A stretch of 64,000 nucleotides of DNA from an uncultured Eubacteriales bacterium. GTDB taxonomy: Bacteria > Bacillota_I > Bacilli_A > RFN20 > UBA1709. Positions 61,263 through 64,000 of this stretch are shown here, one piece after another; position 1 is the stretch's first letter, and every line of letters starts with the position of its first letter. The notes beneath the pieces are model-generated. The model worked only from the letters and a program-made list of their open reading frames with translations. It was not told the origin of the DNA and made no database searches. The DNA is taken from positions 5,831 through 69,830 of the forward strand of contig CAYIYR010000001.1 in NCBI GenBank assembly GCA_964367815.1, given 5' to 3'. Made by a program: the position numbers and the translations under genes.

Positions 61263-63204
61263 TTAACACATCCTTAATAGATTCGCGTTTGATGTTGTGC
61301 ATAGCAATCGATGTTGATAGAATAGCCGCCACTACCAAAGCAAAGACCACACTGATAATTCCACTACCATCAAGCGACAGGAGATGAAATCGCCAATTCT
61401 GATTAAGCAATTTAGGACTTATTTCATAGATGACTTCGCTAGCAACAAAGGTAATTACACCACCAAGCAATAGACCCGGGAGCATAAGGATTAATGATTC
61501 CGTAAATGAAATAGTAATTAAATCATTATTACTGGCGCCAAAACTTTTTAGTATTGCAATCTCTTGGCAACGTTCCTTAAGAATATAAGTTAATACGAGA
61601 CTGAGCAATCCCAGGGTAGATATAAAAATCATTGCTGTTGCAGAAATTAAAATAAGTTTGAAAGAATCAATTAGTGAGGAAAGTGAATTGCGAAGTATTG
61701 CTGTTGAAGTATCATATAAAAAGTAATGCTCTTTAACCGCTTTCAGTGGATCGAGTTTATAAAAAATATTTTCTTTGCTTGAGATTAGTTCATAGAAACA
61801 ATTAAAATCTGAAGAAATCATTAACCTAGTTGGAATAATTATCTCTGATTGAGAGAAGAAAAACATCTGAATAAATTCATCGCTAAACAGTGACTTTATA
61901 TAATTATAATCTAAATAGATTTTAGGCGTATTATATAGACCACCATCATCTATTACACCCGCAATTGGAAAGACCCAATTAGCATCAATAAGATAGTTCA
62001 TTATATAGGTGCTTTCATCAACGACTATATCATTTTGATTATTAGTTTTATCGTAAAACTGCTTGTTAATTATGGCGTTAGTGTTATCTAGTTCTGGGGA
62101 CAATATGGACTTAGTATTGGAGGTTAAAAGAGTAAAGTCAATTATTGATATGTCAAAATAAAAGTCTAAATAATCTTTTTGAGTGAAGCTTGAACTAAAG
62201 TAGTTATCCATAAGAAAATCCAAGTTAATAGTTTTAAAATAATTGATATTATTATTGCTTAGATAAACATAAAAATCTTCCGGAATATTGGTACAAATTT
62301 CTTTTTCGTAGTATTCTATGTCTACGTAATGACTATCTAATCTTGCTTGCAACATATAAGCTAGATATGTGTTTGCACCATTAGTTATGCCAAAGGTTAG
62401 AAGGATAGCAAAAAAAGATAATGCTGCAATTATTAATATTCCTAGCGGGCCTTTGGAACGCTTTTTGTAAGAGGTTATTGTATGGCGTATTGATTCTGTA
62501 ATATTGAGCCCGTGATAATTAATAGATGGTTCAGCATAGCCAATTGAATTAACGGCTTGAAGTGAAGTATCTTCTATTATAGAGCCATCCTCTATTCTAA
62601 TGATTCTCGTGGCATATTGAAGTGCAATTTCTTCGTTATGAGTAACCATAATGATCAGCCTATTAGAACTATTGGTCTTTAATAGATTCATTACTTGCAA
62701 AGCATTCTTGCTATCTAAGGCACCGGTTGGTTCATCTGCTAAAATTATTTTTGGACTAGTTATAAGCGCTCTAGCAATGGCAACTCTTTGCTGCTCTCCT
62801 CCTGATAATTCAGCTGGGTATGATTTTTCTTTTCCCACTAGATTAAGCGTAGTTAATAAATTAGTAAAAGCCTCTTTATCTATTTTTTTAAACAGACACG
62901 AACTATGGATGTTTTGAAATGAATTATAGTAAGGAATGAGATGATAATTTTGGTAAATAAAGCCGAAATAGTCATATCTATACTTAGATGATTTTCTGCT
63001 TTTAACGCAGATATCATTAATGTATATTCTCCCACTTGTTGGCTTGTCAATTAATCCAATAATATTCAATAAAGTACTTTTACCGCAGCCGGATGGACCG
63101 AGAATGGCAACAAATTCTCCTAGATTAAAAGAAAGATTAATCTCTTTTAATACCTTTGCACTTTGATAGCATTTTGTGATGCCTTCGATTCTTAAAAAAG
63201 TCAT
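61252..63204 (-). CDS. MacB-like fused ABC transporter ATPase/FtsX permease (650 aa), paralog of the downstream gene
   Basis: Walker A GPSGCGKST, LSGGEQQR and ILADEPTGALD are followed by a TM helix, an extracytoplasmic domain of about 250 aa, and an FtsX C-terminus. It overlaps the downstream gene by 11 nt. Confidence 0.8.
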   Translation of the reverse strand: MTFLRIEGITKCYQSAKVLKEINLSFNLGEFVAILGPSGCGKSTLLNIIGLIDKPTSGRIYINDICVKSRKSSKYRYDYFGFIYQNYHLIPYYNSFQNIHSSCLFKKIDKEAFTNLLTTLNLVGKEKSYPAELSGGEQQRVAIARALITSPKIILADEPTGALDSKNALQVMNLLKTNSSNRLIIMVTHNEEIALQYATRIIRIEDGSIIEDTSLQAVNSIGYAEPSINYHGLNITESIRHTITSYKKRSKGPLGILIIAALSFFAILLTFGITNGANTYLAYMLQARLDSHYVDIEYYEKEICTNIPEDFYVYLSNNNINYFKTINLDFLMDNYFSSSFTQKDYLDFYFDISIIDFTLLTSNTKSILSPELDNTNAIINKQFYDKTNNQNDIVVDESTYIMNYLIDANWVFPIAGVIDDGGLYNTPKIYLDYNYIKSLFSDEFIQMFFFSQSEIIIPTRLMISSDFNCFYELISSKENIFYKLDPLKAVKEHYFLYDTSTAILRNSLSSLIDSFKLILISATAMIFISTLGLLSLVLTYILKERCQEIAILKSFGASNNDLITISFTESLILMLPGLLLGGVITFVASEVIYEISPKLLNQNWRFHLLSLDGSGIISVVFALVVAAILSTSIAMHNIKRESIKDVLNDV

Positions 63205-63310
63205 CTTTCCACCTCAAAGAGATTATATCAATTTAATCTATTTATAAATCTCATGTTTGTTCCACTAAAAAAGAGGAATCAATTAAGTAACAAATCACTA
63301 TATGATCCTC

Positions 63311-64000
63311 TTATTTTTTATCGCCAATCAATTTGCTTAAAATCTCTTTTAGTTCTTCTGGAGAATTATATTGAATCTTTATGGCATTTTTGGATACAAC
63401 GACTTTTGTATTTAATTTCTCTTCGAGACGCTTTTCTTTTTTTACTTTCTTACTACGAGTTTTCTTCTTCGAAGACTTCATAGATTGAACTAATTCTTCC
63501 GCTTCTCTAACATTCATGTTTTCGCTCTTAATCCTATCAATATAGGTTAGGGCATCTTTCTCACTTAGACCAACCAAGGTTCTAACATGGCCAACGCTAA
63601 GATGATGTTTTTCTAATTCGCTTTGAACCGAATTTGGTAATTGTCTTAGGCGAAGAATGTTTGCGATATAAGAACGGGATTTACCAACTTTTTGTGCTAA
63701 CTGTTGTTGGGTTAGGCCATAGTTACGTTGCATATCGGCATAAGCTTTTGCTTCTTCTAAAGCACTTAAGTTTTCTCTTTGAATGTTTTCAATCAACGCA
63801 ATTTCGCTCATTTGTTGATCATCAAAATGTTCAATAATTGCCGGGATATCTTTCATTCCCGCTAGTTTGGAAGCTCTATAACGGCGCTCACCAGCGACTA
63901 TTTCGTATTTTCCTTGGATATAACGAACAAGAATTGGAGTGAATACACCATGTTCTTTAATCGAGTCAGCTAATTCGGCCAATCTTTGCGGATCAAAGGT
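63311..64000 (-). CDS. parB: ParB/Spo0J-family partition protein (5' end of the gene is outside the window)
   Basis: The product has the ParB box and HTH (GERRYRASKLAGMKDIPAII...SQQQLAQKVGKSRSYIANILRL) and a C-terminal basic tail. The frame stays open to the window edge. It cannot be told apart from Noc on this fragment alone. Confidence 0.85.
   Translation of the reverse strand, partial: TFDPQRLAELADSIKEHGVFTPILVRYIQGKYEIVAGERRYRASKLAGMKDIPAIIEHFDDQQMSEIALIENIQRENLSALEEAKAYADMQRNYGLTQQQLAQKVGKSRSYIANILRLRQLPNSVQSELEKHHLSVGHVRTLVGLSEKDALTYIDRIKSENMNVREAEELVQSMKSSKKKTRSKKVKKEKRLEEKLNTKVVVSKNAIKIQYNSPEELKEILSKLIGDKK

Noticed and set aside
63205-63310. A possible parS or strong terminator between parB and the ABC genes
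   Set aside because: Only an imperfect hairpin with a long loop plus a TATAAT -10 for the ABC operon is present. There is no parS-like palindrome.

Overview
This is a low-GC (about 33%) chromosomal segment that reads like a Firmicute of the Bacilli/Erysipelotrichia type. The evidence for that is an RNA polymerase delta subunit with an acidic tail, a Na+/K+-membrane pyrophosphatase, the queuosine genes tgt-queA-queH, and the spore genes cotE and pdaA. The window opens inside gyrB-gyrA and ends inside a ParB-family gene on the opposite strand. The first third is conserved housekeeping: gyrB(partial)-gyrA, a T-box-controlled serS, cotE-mutS-mutL-miaA-tcdA with B. subtilis-like cotE/mutSL synteny, a NitT/TauT ABC importer, tgt-queA-queH, rpoE, pepF and argS. 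The middle holds a YfhO-family giant membrane protein, tdk, MATE and MFS transporters, a NusG_II/Gx-transporter pair, and a folate C1 operon (fchA-fhs-folD) fused to mscS and a DUF951 gene. The most unusual part is at 42.2-49.8 kb. There, two divergent MarR paralogs flank an operator region full of palindromes. Behind them sits a 9-gene operon encoding an archaeal-type HMG-CoA-synthase-like protein, an SCP-x/archaeal-type thiolase and a DUF35 zinc-ribbon/OB-fold scaffold. The same operon carries an SCP2 lipid-carrier protein, a cysteine-rich unknown, an SDR reductase and two membrane proteins. The HMGCS-like protein appears to have Ser at the nucleophile position. This looks like an undescribed acyl-CoA/lipid-type biosynthetic or modifying system. 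The last third carries pdaA, malic enzyme, a hypothetical-galU-PFOR operon, threonine aldolase, two tandem MacB-like fused ABC ATPase/FtsX permeases, and parB (partial). A perfect 16-bp parS consensus lies inside the serS T-box leader, where it forms Stem III. I see no rRNA, tRNA, CRISPR array or mobile element. Most short ORFs in the six-frame track are antisense shadows of the real genes.
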